Positions 54,078-63,028 of a DNA stretch of 63,178 nt are shown here, piece by piece; position 1 is the stretch's first letter, and the number at the start of each line of letters is the position of its first letter. The stretch covers positions 1 to 63,178 of the forward strand of contig JAFYLI010000125.1 in the NCBI GenBank assembly GCA_017537165.1. Direction: 5' to 3'. This DNA comes from Oscillospiraceae bacterium (GTDB taxonomy: Bacteria > Bacillota > Clostridia > Oscillospirales > Oscillospiraceae). Under the pieces are notes generated by a model, which searched no databases, was not told the origin of the DNA, and saw only the letters and a list, made by a program, of their open reading frames with translations. A program made the translations under genes and the position numbers.

Positions 54078-54743
54078 TTAATCCTCCTTAGCGACAACTA
54101 CGCCGCCGGTCTTCCAAATACTTTTCTCGGGCACAACACCGCGCACACAGGACACGGGATAAATGTTGGAGTTTCTTCCGATAACACTGCCGGGATTGAG
54201 CACGCTGTTGCAGCCGACTTCAACATTGTCTCCGAGAATTGCGCCAAACTTCTTGCGTCCGGTTTCGATGCGCTCATTGCCGTCTTTTACAACTACAAGA
54301 GTTTTATCGGACTTTACGTTAGAGGTGACGGAACCTGCACCCATGTGGCTCTTATATCCCAGAATGGAGTCGCCCACATAGTTATAATGCGGAACCTGCA
54401 CGTTGTCAAACAAAATTACGTTTTTCAGCTCTACGCTGTTTCCCACTACGCACTTGGTTCCCACAAGCGCGCTGCCGCGTACGAAAGCACAGTGACGAAC
54501 TTCCGTTTCGGGGCCGATAATGCAGGGTGCGCCCAAGAATGCCGTAGGCGCGACCTCAGCGGTTTTATGTACCCAAACGGTGGGCGAAACTTCAGTATAT
54601 TCATCTTCGGATAACGCAGGGCCAAAGGTCAGTATCAGCTCCTTGATACCGTCCAATGCCTGCCAGGGGTATTCAAAATTCTTCAAATAATCTCCCGCAA
54701 GAGTGTGGGAAAGATCCAGCAGATCCAAGGTTTTAATAGCCAT
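54078..54743 (-). CDS. left-handed beta-helix (hexapeptide-repeat) transferase, GlmU C-terminal-like
   Basis: Repeated [LIV]-G-x-x-x-x hexapeptide pattern through the C-terminal half. I prefer the ATG at 54741-54743. Confidence 0.6.
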   Translation of the reverse strand: MAIKTLDLLDLSHTLAGDYLKNFEYPWQALDGIKELILTFGPALSEDEYTEVSPTVWVHKTAEVAPTAFLGAPCIIGPETEVRHCAFVRGSALVGTKCVVGNSVELKNVILFDNVQVPHYNYVGDSILGYKSHMGAGSVTSNVKSDKTLVVVKDGNERIETGRKKFGAILGDNVEVGCNSVLNPGSVIGRNSNIYPVSCVRGVVPEKSIWKTGGVVVAKED

Positions 54744-54933
54744 CAAATTTTCCTCATAAAATTATGTGTTAAGCCAAATATTACCACTGCGCAGCTATAT
54801 ATAGTAGTCAGCGCACATTAAAGCTGCTTCTACATACCATGTGCCGATGTAATTATAAACTCATCAAGTCCTATATGCAAGTATTTAAGTGCGATATAAG
54901 GGGGCACTTAAAAAGTTTTTTACGCTTTACCGC

Positions 54934-54965
54934 AAAAAGGCCGAGGATATTCCTCAGCCTTTTTC
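54934..54965 (-). terminator. terminator hairpin after the RelA/SpoT-domain gene
   Basis: AGGCCGAGGA/TCCTCAGCCT stem (one mismatch) with flanking A- and T-runs. Confidence 0.55.
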
Positions 54966-54995
54966 TCGAGTTTATTATATTTTCTTTTTGCGGTA

Positions 54996-55769
54996 TTATA
55001 TATCGTTTTCTCTCTCCTGCTTCATTCGGCGGAAGTAGGAACTCATTTCATCTGCCAGACCCGAAAGACGGTTGAGAAGCTTGGAATAGTCGCGCAGCAT
55101 TTCGTCATCCTCGGCATCTTTATAGACGATATCGTGGTCCACCTCTCCCCAGCCCTCCTCAAACAAGGTTCGGCCCTGAAGCTCGATATACTGACCCTTG
55201 TACTTGATGATGTAATGCAGGGAGCGGTAAATACCGTCCGAGATTATTTCAAGTTCGTCGCTGTCATATATTTTAGTGTCGCCGGTTCTCTTATATGCTC
55301 TCGGACACTCCGCCATATAATAGTTATCGGGATTTTCGTCAAAGTCCGCCAATCTGTCCTTGATGTACCGCTTGGGATCGTTTACAAAGCAGTAAGTAAG
55401 ATACTGGTGGAAGCGTTTCCAATCCTCGCGGTAGAGGAAGAACACGCGGATGCCGATAAGGTCGGTTACAAACTTATAGTAATTCGTATGGTCCATCGGG
55501 GCAAACTTTTCCGGATTTTCCTTCTTTTTGCGTACAACTTTCTCCAGCAGATGCTCTACGCTCTTGGTGCGGTATCGGTACGAGTGAATACCCGCGTTTT
55601 CAATATCGTACAGATAATCATCTATAAAGGACTTGCCGATTTCCCTGAGACTGCCTTCAAGCTTATGGTACTCTTCCTCGATAAGAGTCAGCTCTTCCCA
55701 TGATATATCCGCTTCGGCCAGATCATTGTCCGACAAACCGTATGTTTTAAAAAAGTCTTGCTTATCCAA
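54996..55769 (-). CDS. RelA/SpoT-domain protein (small alarmone-synthetase-like nucleotide pyrophosphokinase)
   Basis: TTG start with a GGAGGG RBS. Motifs RTKSVEHLLEK, DLIGIRV, YRSLHYII and ELQGRTLFEEGWGEVDH. Confidence 0.7.
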   Translation of the reverse strand: MDKQDFFKTYGLSDNDLAEADISWEELTLIEEEYHKLEGSLREIGKSFIDDYLYDIENAGIHSYRYRTKSVEHLLEKVVRKKKENPEKFAPMDHTNYYKFVTDLIGIRVFFLYREDWKRFHQYLTYCFVNDPKRYIKDRLADFDENPDNYYMAECPRAYKRTGDTKIYDSDELEIISDGIYRSLHYIIKYKGQYIELQGRTLFEEGWGEVDHDIVYKDAEDDEMLRDYSKLLNRLSGLADEMSSYFRRMKQERENDI

Positions 55770-56118
55770 TAAGTTTCACCCTCCACTCCGCTTCTTTGAA
55801 GCCTACAAGTACAAAACCCTCACCAACAGCGATGGGGCGCTTTACCAGCATTCCGTCTGTCGCAAGCAGCGCCAGCATTTCGTCATCGCTCATAGCGGGC
55901 AGCTTATCTTTCAGTTCCATCGACTTATAAAGCAGGCCGCTGGTATTGAAAAATTTCTTCAAAGGCAGGCCGCTCACTTTATACCATTCCGTCAGTTCCT
56001 CAACGGTGGGATTCTCGTTTTTTATATCGCGGAATTCATATTCGATATTGTTCTCATCCAGCCATTTGCGCGCCTTTTGGCAGGTAGTGCACTTGGCGTA
56101 ACAGATAAATTTAAGCAT
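55762..56118 (-). CDS. ArsC/Spx-family thioredoxin-fold protein
   Basis: N-terminal CxxC (YAKCTTCQKARKWL) and C-terminal LVKRPI. I prefer the ATG at 56116-56118 (AGGGGG RBS). 8-nt overlap with the downstream RelA/SpoT-domain gene. Confidence 0.75.
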   Translation of the reverse strand: MLKFICYAKCTTCQKARKWLDENNIEYEFRDIKNENPTVEELTEWYKVSGLPLKKFFNTSGLLYKSMELKDKLPAMSDDEMLALLATDGMLVKRPIAVGEGFVLVGFKEAEWRVKLIG

Positions 56119-56129
56119 CAACTTACCCC

Positions 56130-57233
56130 CTATTTATCAAAGGTTGCCGCAACCTCGGCTATATACTGAGCCGCCGACAAACGCTGCGGGCAAAGATCAT
56201 CGCAGGTACGGCAGCCGATACACTCCGACGCTTTTTTATATTTTTTCGCCAGAGCGTCATAGGCCGGCTGTATTTTCCAATCTTCATTTCTATTGCGCCT
56301 ATACTCGTTATACAGCGCAAAATATTCGGGTATGGGAATATCCCGCGGGCAGCCGCCAACGCAGTAGGAACAGCCCGTGCAGGCAACCGCCGTATCTTTT
56401 CGTATAATGCGGGCGCAACGCTCCAGCGTTTCCCTTTCGCCCTCCGTAAGAGGCTCAAGAGGCCGCATATTTTCCTCTATCTGCTCTATTGCACCCATGC
56501 CGCTGAGCATAACTTCCACCTGCTCAAGTCCCGCCGCAAAACGCACCGCCCAGCGGGCCATGCTGTCATCGGGGCGAAGCTCACGCAGAATATTTTCCGC
56601 TTTTTCCGGCAGTTTTGCAAGGGTGCCGCCTTTCACAGGCTCCATGACCATTATCTGTTTGGCGTGCTTCACCGCAACGTCATAGCACTCGGCAGCGCGA
56701 ATGGCTTTGCTGTTCCAATCAAGATAATTTATCTGCAGCAGCACAACGTCCACTTCGGGATGTTCTGTAAGTATTTTGTCCAGCAGCTGCGGCGTATCGT
56801 GGTAAGAAAAGCCTATTCTGCCCGCTTTGCCTTCGGCCTTCAGTTCCCGCAGCAAACGGAATTGTCCGTTTTCCCGGGCGATTTGATAATTCTCTTCGTT
56901 GAGGCCGTGGAGAAGGTATATATCGAAATAATCCACTCCGCAGCGCTGCAGCTGCCTTTCAAAGCAGGCACGGCATTCCTCATAGGACGTAAACTTGAAG
57001 CCCGGCAGCTTATCGGAAAGGACAAAGCTGCTGCGCTCATGGCGCTCTGTCAGCGATTTGCGAATAGCCTCTTCGCTCAATTCGTCCAAATACGTATAAG
57101 CCGTATCGAAGTATCTGCCGCCCAGCTCAAGGAAACGGTCTACCATCGGGTTCAGCCGCTCATAGTCTATAGTTTTATCTTCATTTTGGGGCAGGCGCAA
57201 AAAACCGAAGCCTATTTCGTTCACGGCATTCAC
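56130..57233 (-). CDS. aldo/keto reductase with a C-terminal 4Fe-4S-binding extension
   Basis: AKR-like N-terminal region. C-terminal Cys motifs CTGCSYCVGGCP and CIGCRTCDDLCP. Confidence 0.7.
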   Translation of the reverse strand: MNAVNEIGFGFLRLPQNEDKTIDYERLNPMVDRFLELGGRYFDTAYTYLDELSEEAIRKSLTERHERSSFVLSDKLPGFKFTSYEECRACFERQLQRCGVDYFDIYLLHGLNEENYQIARENGQFRLLRELKAEGKAGRIGFSYHDTPQLLDKILTEHPEVDVVLLQINYLDWNSKAIRAAECYDVAVKHAKQIMVMEPVKGGTLAKLPEKAENILRELRPDDSMARWAVRFAAGLEQVEVMLSGMGAIEQIEENMRPLEPLTEGERETLERCARIIRKDTAVACTGCSYCVGGCPRDIPIPEYFALYNEYRRNRNEDWKIQPAYDALAKKYKKASECIGCRTCDDLCPQRLSAAQYIAEVAATFDK

Positions 57234-57246
57234 CTCGAATCAATCA

Positions 57247-58302
57247 TTATTTTCCAAAGTTCGCCACAGTATCTATGAGTGCGCGCGCATTCCCGTAAGT
57301 TGCGCCCATGGGCATTCCGCCGCCTGCGCTGACTATAAGGCCGCGGAAATCGCCGCCGTTGGCTGCCATATAGTCGGCTATGACCGCCTTGGTCTGCTCG
57401 CTGACCGTTTCGGGAGTTTCTTTCGCCATGGACATTGGCGGCACGTTGCCCAGCAGGGCCACGCTCTTCCCTGCTTTCCTGCGTATATCGCCGATATTCT
57501 TTTTATGGGTAAAATTAAAAATATCGACGCCAAGATCTTCAAGATAAGGAACGCATACGTCATTATCCGTATCGTTATGGAAAAGGTGCATGGTGCCGGC
57601 AAAGGTATCGAAAATATCTTTCAAATACGGGTGGGCAAACTCTCGGTAATCTTCGTCATTAAGGAACCCCGTGATGTCGTCAAGCACAAGGATGCCTTTT
57701 GCGTTTTTCACGTTCTCCAGCTGAGCCTCCAGCCAGTTTTTGCACAGCGCAGTGGTGCACTTCAATATTTTATGCACACTGTCGCCGTCTTCCTTTATAC
57801 CCACAAGCAGTTCGGTAAGCTCCATCAGGTGGGAGGCTATGGTGAGGGGGCCGCGGGTGCTGACGATATATATATCCTCTCCCCTCTCCTGAATACGCGG
57901 CTGCATATACCGCTGAAGATTCAGCAGCAGCGGCATCAGGCCGTTCTTGCGGGGATCGGGCACCTGCAGCGCTGAAATGGCAGCTGTATCCTCAATACCG
58001 CCAAGAATATGGTGCACCGCAGGCAGGTTGTCCTCATAGAAATCCAGCTTGCAGCCGAAGCCTGAGGACTCCGTTGCCATACCGTATTCGCACCACCAGT
58101 CGGGAATATAAATAACCTCGGGAAAGTCATTTTTTATTTTGCAGTATGCGTCGAACCACACTTCGGGTCGGGCATAGAAATCAATATTATTCACACCGCA
58201 GTATCCGGGCATCCAGGGACTGTCCACAATAAGTCCTACGGGCAAGTCCGTATTGGTGCGGCTGACTACCGATTCAAGCATATTCCACTGTTCGCGGGTC
58301 AT
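57247..58302 (-). CDS. uroporphyrinogen-decarboxylase (URO-D) family protein, methyltransferase-like
   Basis: 351 aa. The family call rests on overall pattern only. Confidence 0.5.
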   Translation of the reverse strand: MTREQWNMLESVVSRTNTDLPVGLIVDSPWMPGYCGVNNIDFYARPEVWFDAYCKIKNDFPEVIYIPDWWCEYGMATESSGFGCKLDFYEDNLPAVHHILGGIEDTAAISALQVPDPRKNGLMPLLLNLQRYMQPRIQERGEDIYIVSTRGPLTIASHLMELTELLVGIKEDGDSVHKILKCTTALCKNWLEAQLENVKNAKGILVLDDITGFLNDEDYREFAHPYLKDIFDTFAGTMHLFHNDTDNDVCVPYLEDLGVDIFNFTHKKNIGDIRRKAGKSVALLGNVPPMSMAKETPETVSEQTKAVIADYMAANGGDFRGLIVSAGGGMPMGATYGNARALIDTVANFGK

Positions 58303-59108
58303 GACAGAGCTTCCCTTCTTTTGCAGAATTCATCAAGTATTGCCAGCAGATCAGACGGCAGACGGCTTCTGCATTCTTCTTTCAGTTCTTCGGGCACGCC
58401 GTAAAAGCCCTCGGCCATGCCGCCCGCGATGCAAGTGAGAGTATCGCAGTCGCCTCCCAGAGAAACGGCTGTACGAATAACATCCTCAAAGCTTTCGCCT
58501 TCAAGGAATGCCGTGATAGCCTCTGGAACTGTTTCCTGACAGCTTTCCTTGTGGCGGTATGTGGGCCGTATTTCATCGCAGGTGCGGCTAAGGTCATAGC
58601 CGAAGTTCTCTTCAATATACGCCTTTATCTCGGCCTTACTGCTGCCGCTGCGCGCCATAAATATGGCGGCTGCGGTGGCCTCCGCGCCCTTTATACCCTC
58701 GGGATGATTATGGGTAACATCGGCCGACAGGCGGGCAGCGCGGCGCACGGAGTCTATATCGTCAAACAGCCATGCGGCAGAGGAAACGCGCATGGCAGAG
58801 CCGTTTCCGTAGCTGTAATAGGGTTCGCTGAAGCGGCGGAAAAGCCATATGCGAAAACGTCCGCCATAACCCGCGTTGGGGTAACGGTTGCCTATATCAT
58901 GCATAGCGGCAACTATACTTCCGCGAATTGTATCATCATCCGCACCCTCGGGGGCATCCATGAAACCCTTGGCAACAGCAAGAGTCATCACCGAATCATC
59001 GGTAATGGTGGAATACTTTGAAAACAGAGGAAACTCCTTGGTTTTGATATTGTAGGTGTCAAATTCGTAAGGGCTTCCGATTATATCGCCCAGTATTGCT
59101 CCAAACAT
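58299..59108 (-). CDS. ADP-ribosylglycohydrolase-family protein
   Basis: N-terminal GAILGDIIGSPYEF and TDDSVMTLAV. C-terminal GGDCDTLTCIAGGMAE. Confidence 0.75.
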   Translation of the reverse strand: MFGAILGDIIGSPYEFDTYNIKTKEFPLFSKYSTITDDSVMTLAVAKGFMDAPEGADDDTIRGSIVAAMHDIGNRYPNAGYGGRFRIWLFRRFSEPYYSYGNGSAMRVSSAAWLFDDIDSVRRAARLSADVTHNHPEGIKGAEATAAAIFMARSGSSKAEIKAYIEENFGYDLSRTCDEIRPTYRHKESCQETVPEAITAFLEGESFEDVIRTAVSLGGDCDTLTCIAGGMAEGFYGVPEELKEECRSRLPSDLLAILDEFCKRREALS

Positions 59109-59149
59109 GATATTACCTCGCTTTCATTCTTATTTTATCAGTGGTTTCA

Positions 59150-59911
59150 CTATTCTTCAAGCAGATATTTCAAACTGCGCTCGGGAGCATCGAGAAAATT
59201 TTTCATGGTTTGAAAATGCTCCGTTTCCTCATAGCTCACCGACTTTATGCCGCGGCTGCCTATTTCGTATATTTCCGCTCCCGGCAGGGTCATCAGCATA
59301 GGCGAATGGGTGGAAATGATGAACTGTGAATTATGCTTCACAAGCTCATTTATCCGCGCCATAAGCGTCATGACACGCATGGGCGACAGAGCCGCCTCGG
59401 GCTCGTCCAATATGTAAACGCCGTTGCCGCCGAAGCGGTTTTCCACCAGCGCCATAAAGCTTTCACCGTGGCTCTGCTCATGGAGAGATACCCCGCCGTA
59501 GCTGTCGATTATGGGTGGGCCGAATCCGGGCACGCTGTCCAGCTCATCTATATTGGTGGCCACATTATAGAAGCTTTCGGCACGCAGGAAAAATCCGTCC
59601 TTGGGGTATTTAAGTCCCTTTACCACAGACAGATACTCATATAGTGACGAATGGGTATTCTCGGTGGAAAATTGAAAATTTCTCGTGCCGCCCTCGGCAT
59701 TGAAGCCCATGGCAACAGCCAGCGCCTCCACAAGAGTTGACTTACCTACTCCGTTCTCCCCCACCAGAAAGGTTACGGGTTTATTGAAGCGCAGCTCACC
59801 CATTTTCGCCAGATGCCGCACCACCGGCAATGTGCTGACATAATCCCTCGGCGGCGGCATATCCGCCAAGCGTATGCTGCGTATATATAATTTCCCAAAA
59901 ATATCCGCCAT
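59150..59911 (-). CDS. stand-alone ABC-type/AAA ATPase
   Basis: Walker A GENGVGKST, Walker B YILDEPEAALS, and an H-loop-like STHSP. Confidence 0.7.
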   Translation of the reverse strand: MADIFGKLYIRSIRLADMPPPRDYVSTLPVVRHLAKMGELRFNKPVTFLVGENGVGKSTLVEALAVAMGFNAEGGTRNFQFSTENTHSSLYEYLSVVKGLKYPKDGFFLRAESFYNVATNIDELDSVPGFGPPIIDSYGGVSLHEQSHGESFMALVENRFGGNGVYILDEPEAALSPMRVMTLMARINELVKHNSQFIISTHSPMLMTLPGAEIYEIGSRGIKSVSYEETEHFQTMKNFLDAPERSLKYLLEE

Positions 59912-60037
59912 TGTAATTCCCCCTTTATATCATTGTAGCACAGGCAATGTACCATTTAACGGACAGCATATCGCTATTGCACCCGCAAAAAATATATGGT
60001 ATCTTAATATCATAGAAATATTTTTGGAGGTGTACTT

Positions 60038-61030
60038 ATGTGGAATATCCCTTATGTAATTGACCTTGACGATCACGAGGGCAGCGGCATAAAGACCTTT
60101 ACCCGTTATCATGCCAACGGCGAGCGCGAAGAGGAAATGAGCGCCGTACTTGACGGTGAAGGCCCTCACGGTCTTTATAACATTACCGACACGGTAATGT
60201 GCAAGATGCCTACGGGCGTTACTCCCGAAGAAGCATCCAAAATGGCACACACCCACAAAATAGGCTGGGAGCTTTTCTTCGTTGACAGCGGCTCCATGTA
60301 CCTCTACACCGACGGCAGACGCTGCCTCATCAAGGAGGGCGACATAGTTAATCTGCAGCCCTATCAGATGCACTCCATGGCTTCTATTGAAGACGTAAAG
60401 TGGCGCGGCTTCTTCCACGATCTTGACTCCTTTAACGATTCCATCGCCGTCAACTTCGCAGCCGACCTCTTCCCCGGCGCAAAGGAAGACCCCGAATTCA
60501 ACAAAGCTAAGGGCGCACGCGACTATCTCAAGCACGAGCAGCCCGTATTTACCGACGTTCCCGTTGAGACCGTCAATGCCGTAAAGCATCCCGACCGTCC
60601 TCTCTTCAAGTATGAGTTCGACGGCGTTACCGCAAAGGTGATCGTTCCCCGCTATGAAAACGGCGGCGTTACCGAGCTGGTACTGGCAGAGATGAAAAAG
60701 GGCGCCAAGATCGAGTGGGGCTACCACACCTACCGCGAGCAGTACTATGTCCGCAAAGGTAAGGTTCGCGTAGATATGGGCGAAGTAAGCTTCACCGCAC
60801 ACAAGGCCTGCGTTATCAACATTCCCAAGCTGGCCCCCTTCTCCATCACCGCTCTTGAAGATGCCGAGGTTTACGATGTAGGCGGCCAGACCCACTGGTT
60901 CTCCTTCCTGCTGGACTACGCTTCCCTCGCCACCTTCACTCCCGAGCGCTTCAACGATCCCGCAGAGATCGCCGCGCTTAAGGAAAAGTTCAACATCCCC
61001 GTAAAGGCCATCACCACCGGCAACGAATAA
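60038..61030 (+). CDS. bicupin-domain protein
   Basis: GGAGG RBS. Two cupin-like beta-barrel halves (GWELFFVDSGSMYLY...; EQYYVRKGKVRVDMG...). Confidence 0.6.
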   Translation: MWNIPYVIDLDDHEGSGIKTFTRYHANGEREEEMSAVLDGEGPHGLYNITDTVMCKMPTGVTPEEASKMAHTHKIGWELFFVDSGSMYLYTDGRRCLIKEGDIVNLQPYQMHSMASIEDVKWRGFFHDLDSFNDSIAVNFAADLFPGAKEDPEFNKAKGARDYLKHEQPVFTDVPVETVNAVKHPDRPLFKYEFDGVTAKVIVPRYENGGVTELVLAEMKKGAKIEWGYHTYREQYYVRKGKVRVDMGEVSFTAHKACVINIPKLAPFSITALEDAEVYDVGGQTHWFSFLLDYASLATFTPERFNDPAEIAALKEKFNIPVKAITTGNE

Positions 61031-61046
61031 TCTCACATTCTCCCGT

Positions 61047-61085
61047 CCCGCTCCTGCTTTTTGAGCAGGGGCGGGATTTTTCTTT
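61047..61085 (+). terminator. intrinsic terminator
   Basis: 12-bp stem CCCGCTCCTGCT/AGCAGGGGCGGG (one G-U pair) followed by a T-run. Confidence 0.8.
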
Positions 61086-61132
61086 ATAATCGCTGCAGAA
61101 TTTGAATTTTTTTCTTTTCTTTTTGCCTGCAT

Positions 61133-61143
61133 TGGTATATAAT
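61133..61143 (+). promoter_or_regulatory. putative extended -10 promoter element for glnS
   Basis: TGGTATATAAT about 35 nt upstream of the glnS ATG. Confidence 0.35.
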
Positions 61144-61174
61144 ATTCAAATCCAATAAAAGAGGAGAAATACGT

Positions 61175-62857
61175 ATGGATATCGAAAAGAATGAATACGA
61201 ATATAAAAACTTTATCCACGATTTCATAGACGAGGATATAGCAGCCGGCGGTCAGTATGAGGGTATGGAAGTACACACCCGTTTCCCGCCCGAACCCAAC
61301 GGCTATCTGCATATAGGTCACTGCAAGGCTCTGTGCATCGACTTCGGTACCGCCGAAAAGTACGGCGGCAAGTGCAACCTGCGCTTTGACGATACCAACC
61401 CCGCCAAGGAAGACACCGAGTTCGTCGATGCCATTCAGGAAGACATCAAGTGGCTGGGCTTTGATTGGGAAGACCGCATGTACTACGGCTCCGACTATTT
61501 CCCCCAGACCTACGAATTCGCCGTTGAACTTATCAAGAAGGGTCTTGCCTACGTTTGCGAGCTGACTCCCGATCAGTTCAAGGAATACCGCGGCGACATC
61601 GGCACTCCTGCCCGCAGCCCCTACCGCGACCGTCCCATCGAAGAGAGCCTTGAGCTTTTCGAAAAGATGAAGAACGGCGAAGTCGAAGAGGGCAAGATGA
61701 CTCTCCGCGCCAAGATCGACCTTGCAAGCGGTAACTTCAACATGCGCGACCCCGTTCTCTACCGCATCCGCTTCATCGAGCATCACAGACAGGGCACCAA
61801 GTGGTGCGTATTCCCCATGTACGACTTTGCTCACCCCATTCAGGACGCGCTTGAGGGCATCACTCATTCTCTCTGCTCCCTGGAGTACGAGTCACACCGT
61901 CCCCTTTACGAGTGGGTCGTAAACAACGTAAGCATCCCCTACCACAAGCCCAGACAGATAGAGTTCGCACGTCTTAACATCGACCACACCGTAATGAGCA
62001 AGCGCAAGCTCCGCGCCCTCGTAGAAAACGGTCTCGTTGTTGGCTGGGACGATCCCCGTATGCCCACTCTCTGCGGTCTGCGCAGACGTGGCTACACTCC
62101 CGCATCCATCCGTAATTTTGCCAACCGCATCGGCGTTGCAAAGGCTGACTCCACCGTCGAGTACGCTTTCCTTGAGCACTGCCTGCGCGAGGATCTCAAT
62201 ATGACCGCCCAGCGCGCCATGGTAGTACAGCGTCCTCTTAAGCTGACCATCACCAATTATCCCGAGGATAAGAAGGAAACCGTCAGCGTTGAGAATAACC
62301 CCAACGATCCCGAGGCAGGCAACCGCGAGGTTCCCTTCTCCCGTACCGTATACATCGAGGCTGACGACTTCATGGAGACTCCCATCCCCAAGTACAAGCG
62401 TCTGTTCCCCGGTGGCCCCGAGTGCCGCCTGAAGGGCGCATACCTCATCACCTGCACCGGCTGCGTTAAGGATGACGAGGGCAACGTTATCGAAGTTCTC
62501 TGCGAGTACGATCCCGACAGCCGCGGCGGCGATCCCGCCGACGGACGCAAGGTCAAGGGTGCAACTATCCACTGGGTAGACTGCGACACCGCTGTTGACT
62601 GCGAGATCCGCCTCTACGATAACCTCTTCACCGACGCTGATCCCGACGGCGCAGACAAGAACTTCCTTGACTTCCTCAATCCCAACTCTCTCGAAGTTCT
62701 CAAGGGCTGTAAGGCCGAGAGCATGCTGGCAACCGCCGAGGCTCCCGCTCACTATCAGTTCCTTCGCGTCGGCTATTTCTGCGTTGACAATAAGGACTCC
62801 GCTCCCGACCATCTCGTCTTCAACCGCGCAGTTGCGCTGAAGGCCAGCTTCAAGTAA
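61175..62857 (+). CDS. glnS: glutamine--tRNA ligase
   Basis: HIGH-type motif PNGYLHIGH, KMSKS-type VMSKRK, 560 aa, strong GAGGAGA RBS. Confidence 0.9.
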   Translation: MDIEKNEYEYKNFIHDFIDEDIAAGGQYEGMEVHTRFPPEPNGYLHIGHCKALCIDFGTAEKYGGKCNLRFDDTNPAKEDTEFVDAIQEDIKWLGFDWEDRMYYGSDYFPQTYEFAVELIKKGLAYVCELTPDQFKEYRGDIGTPARSPYRDRPIEESLELFEKMKNGEVEEGKMTLRAKIDLASGNFNMRDPVLYRIRFIEHHRQGTKWCVFPMYDFAHPIQDALEGITHSLCSLEYESHRPLYEWVVNNVSIPYHKPRQIEFARLNIDHTVMSKRKLRALVENGLVVGWDDPRMPTLCGLRRRGYTPASIRNFANRIGVAKADSTVEYAFLEHCLREDLNMTAQRAMVVQRPLKLTITNYPEDKKETVSVENNPNDPEAGNREVPFSRTVYIEADDFMETPIPKYKRLFPGGPECRLKGAYLITCTGCVKDDEGNVIEVLCEYDPDSRGGDPADGRKVKGATIHWVDCDTAVDCEIRLYDNLFTDADPDGADKNFLDFLNPNSLEVLKGCKAESMLATAEAPAHYQFLRVGYFCVDNKDSAPDHLVFNRAVALKASFK

Positions 62858-62869
62858 AAACACATACTA

Positions 62870-62904
62870 CATCCTCCCAAACATTGGGAGGATGTTTATT
62901 TTTC
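62870..62904 (+). terminator. intrinsic terminator after glnS
   Basis: Perfect 10-bp stem CATCCTCCCA/TGGGAGGATG followed by TTTATTTTT. Confidence 0.85.
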
Positions 62905-63028
62905 ATCGTTTTATATATATGTGCTTACATATATCGCTTTATAAATAAGCACTTTACTTATTGCATAAATCACCCGCTTGTGCTATCATGGGTATATTGA
63001 AAAAATAAGCAAAGGAAGTGTATGCGAA

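Noticed and set aside
29631-54915. Reading the recurrent GGCAC ... TGCA boxes as sigma-54 (-24 GG / -12 GC) promoters.
   Set aside because: On the transcribed (minus) strand the order and spacing are wrong: GTGCC precedes TGCAT by about 7-9 nt, there is no GG at -24, and each copy is followed by a normal TGnTATAAT -10 element. No sigma-54 activator gene is seen in the window.
61030-61175. T-box leader upstream of glnS, and a purine riboswitch upstream of guaD (28862-28904).
   Set aside because: Only about 90 nt separate the upstream terminator from the glnS ATG, and about 40 nt precede guaD. Both are far too short for these elements, and no specifier/T-box or purine-aptamer consensus is visible.
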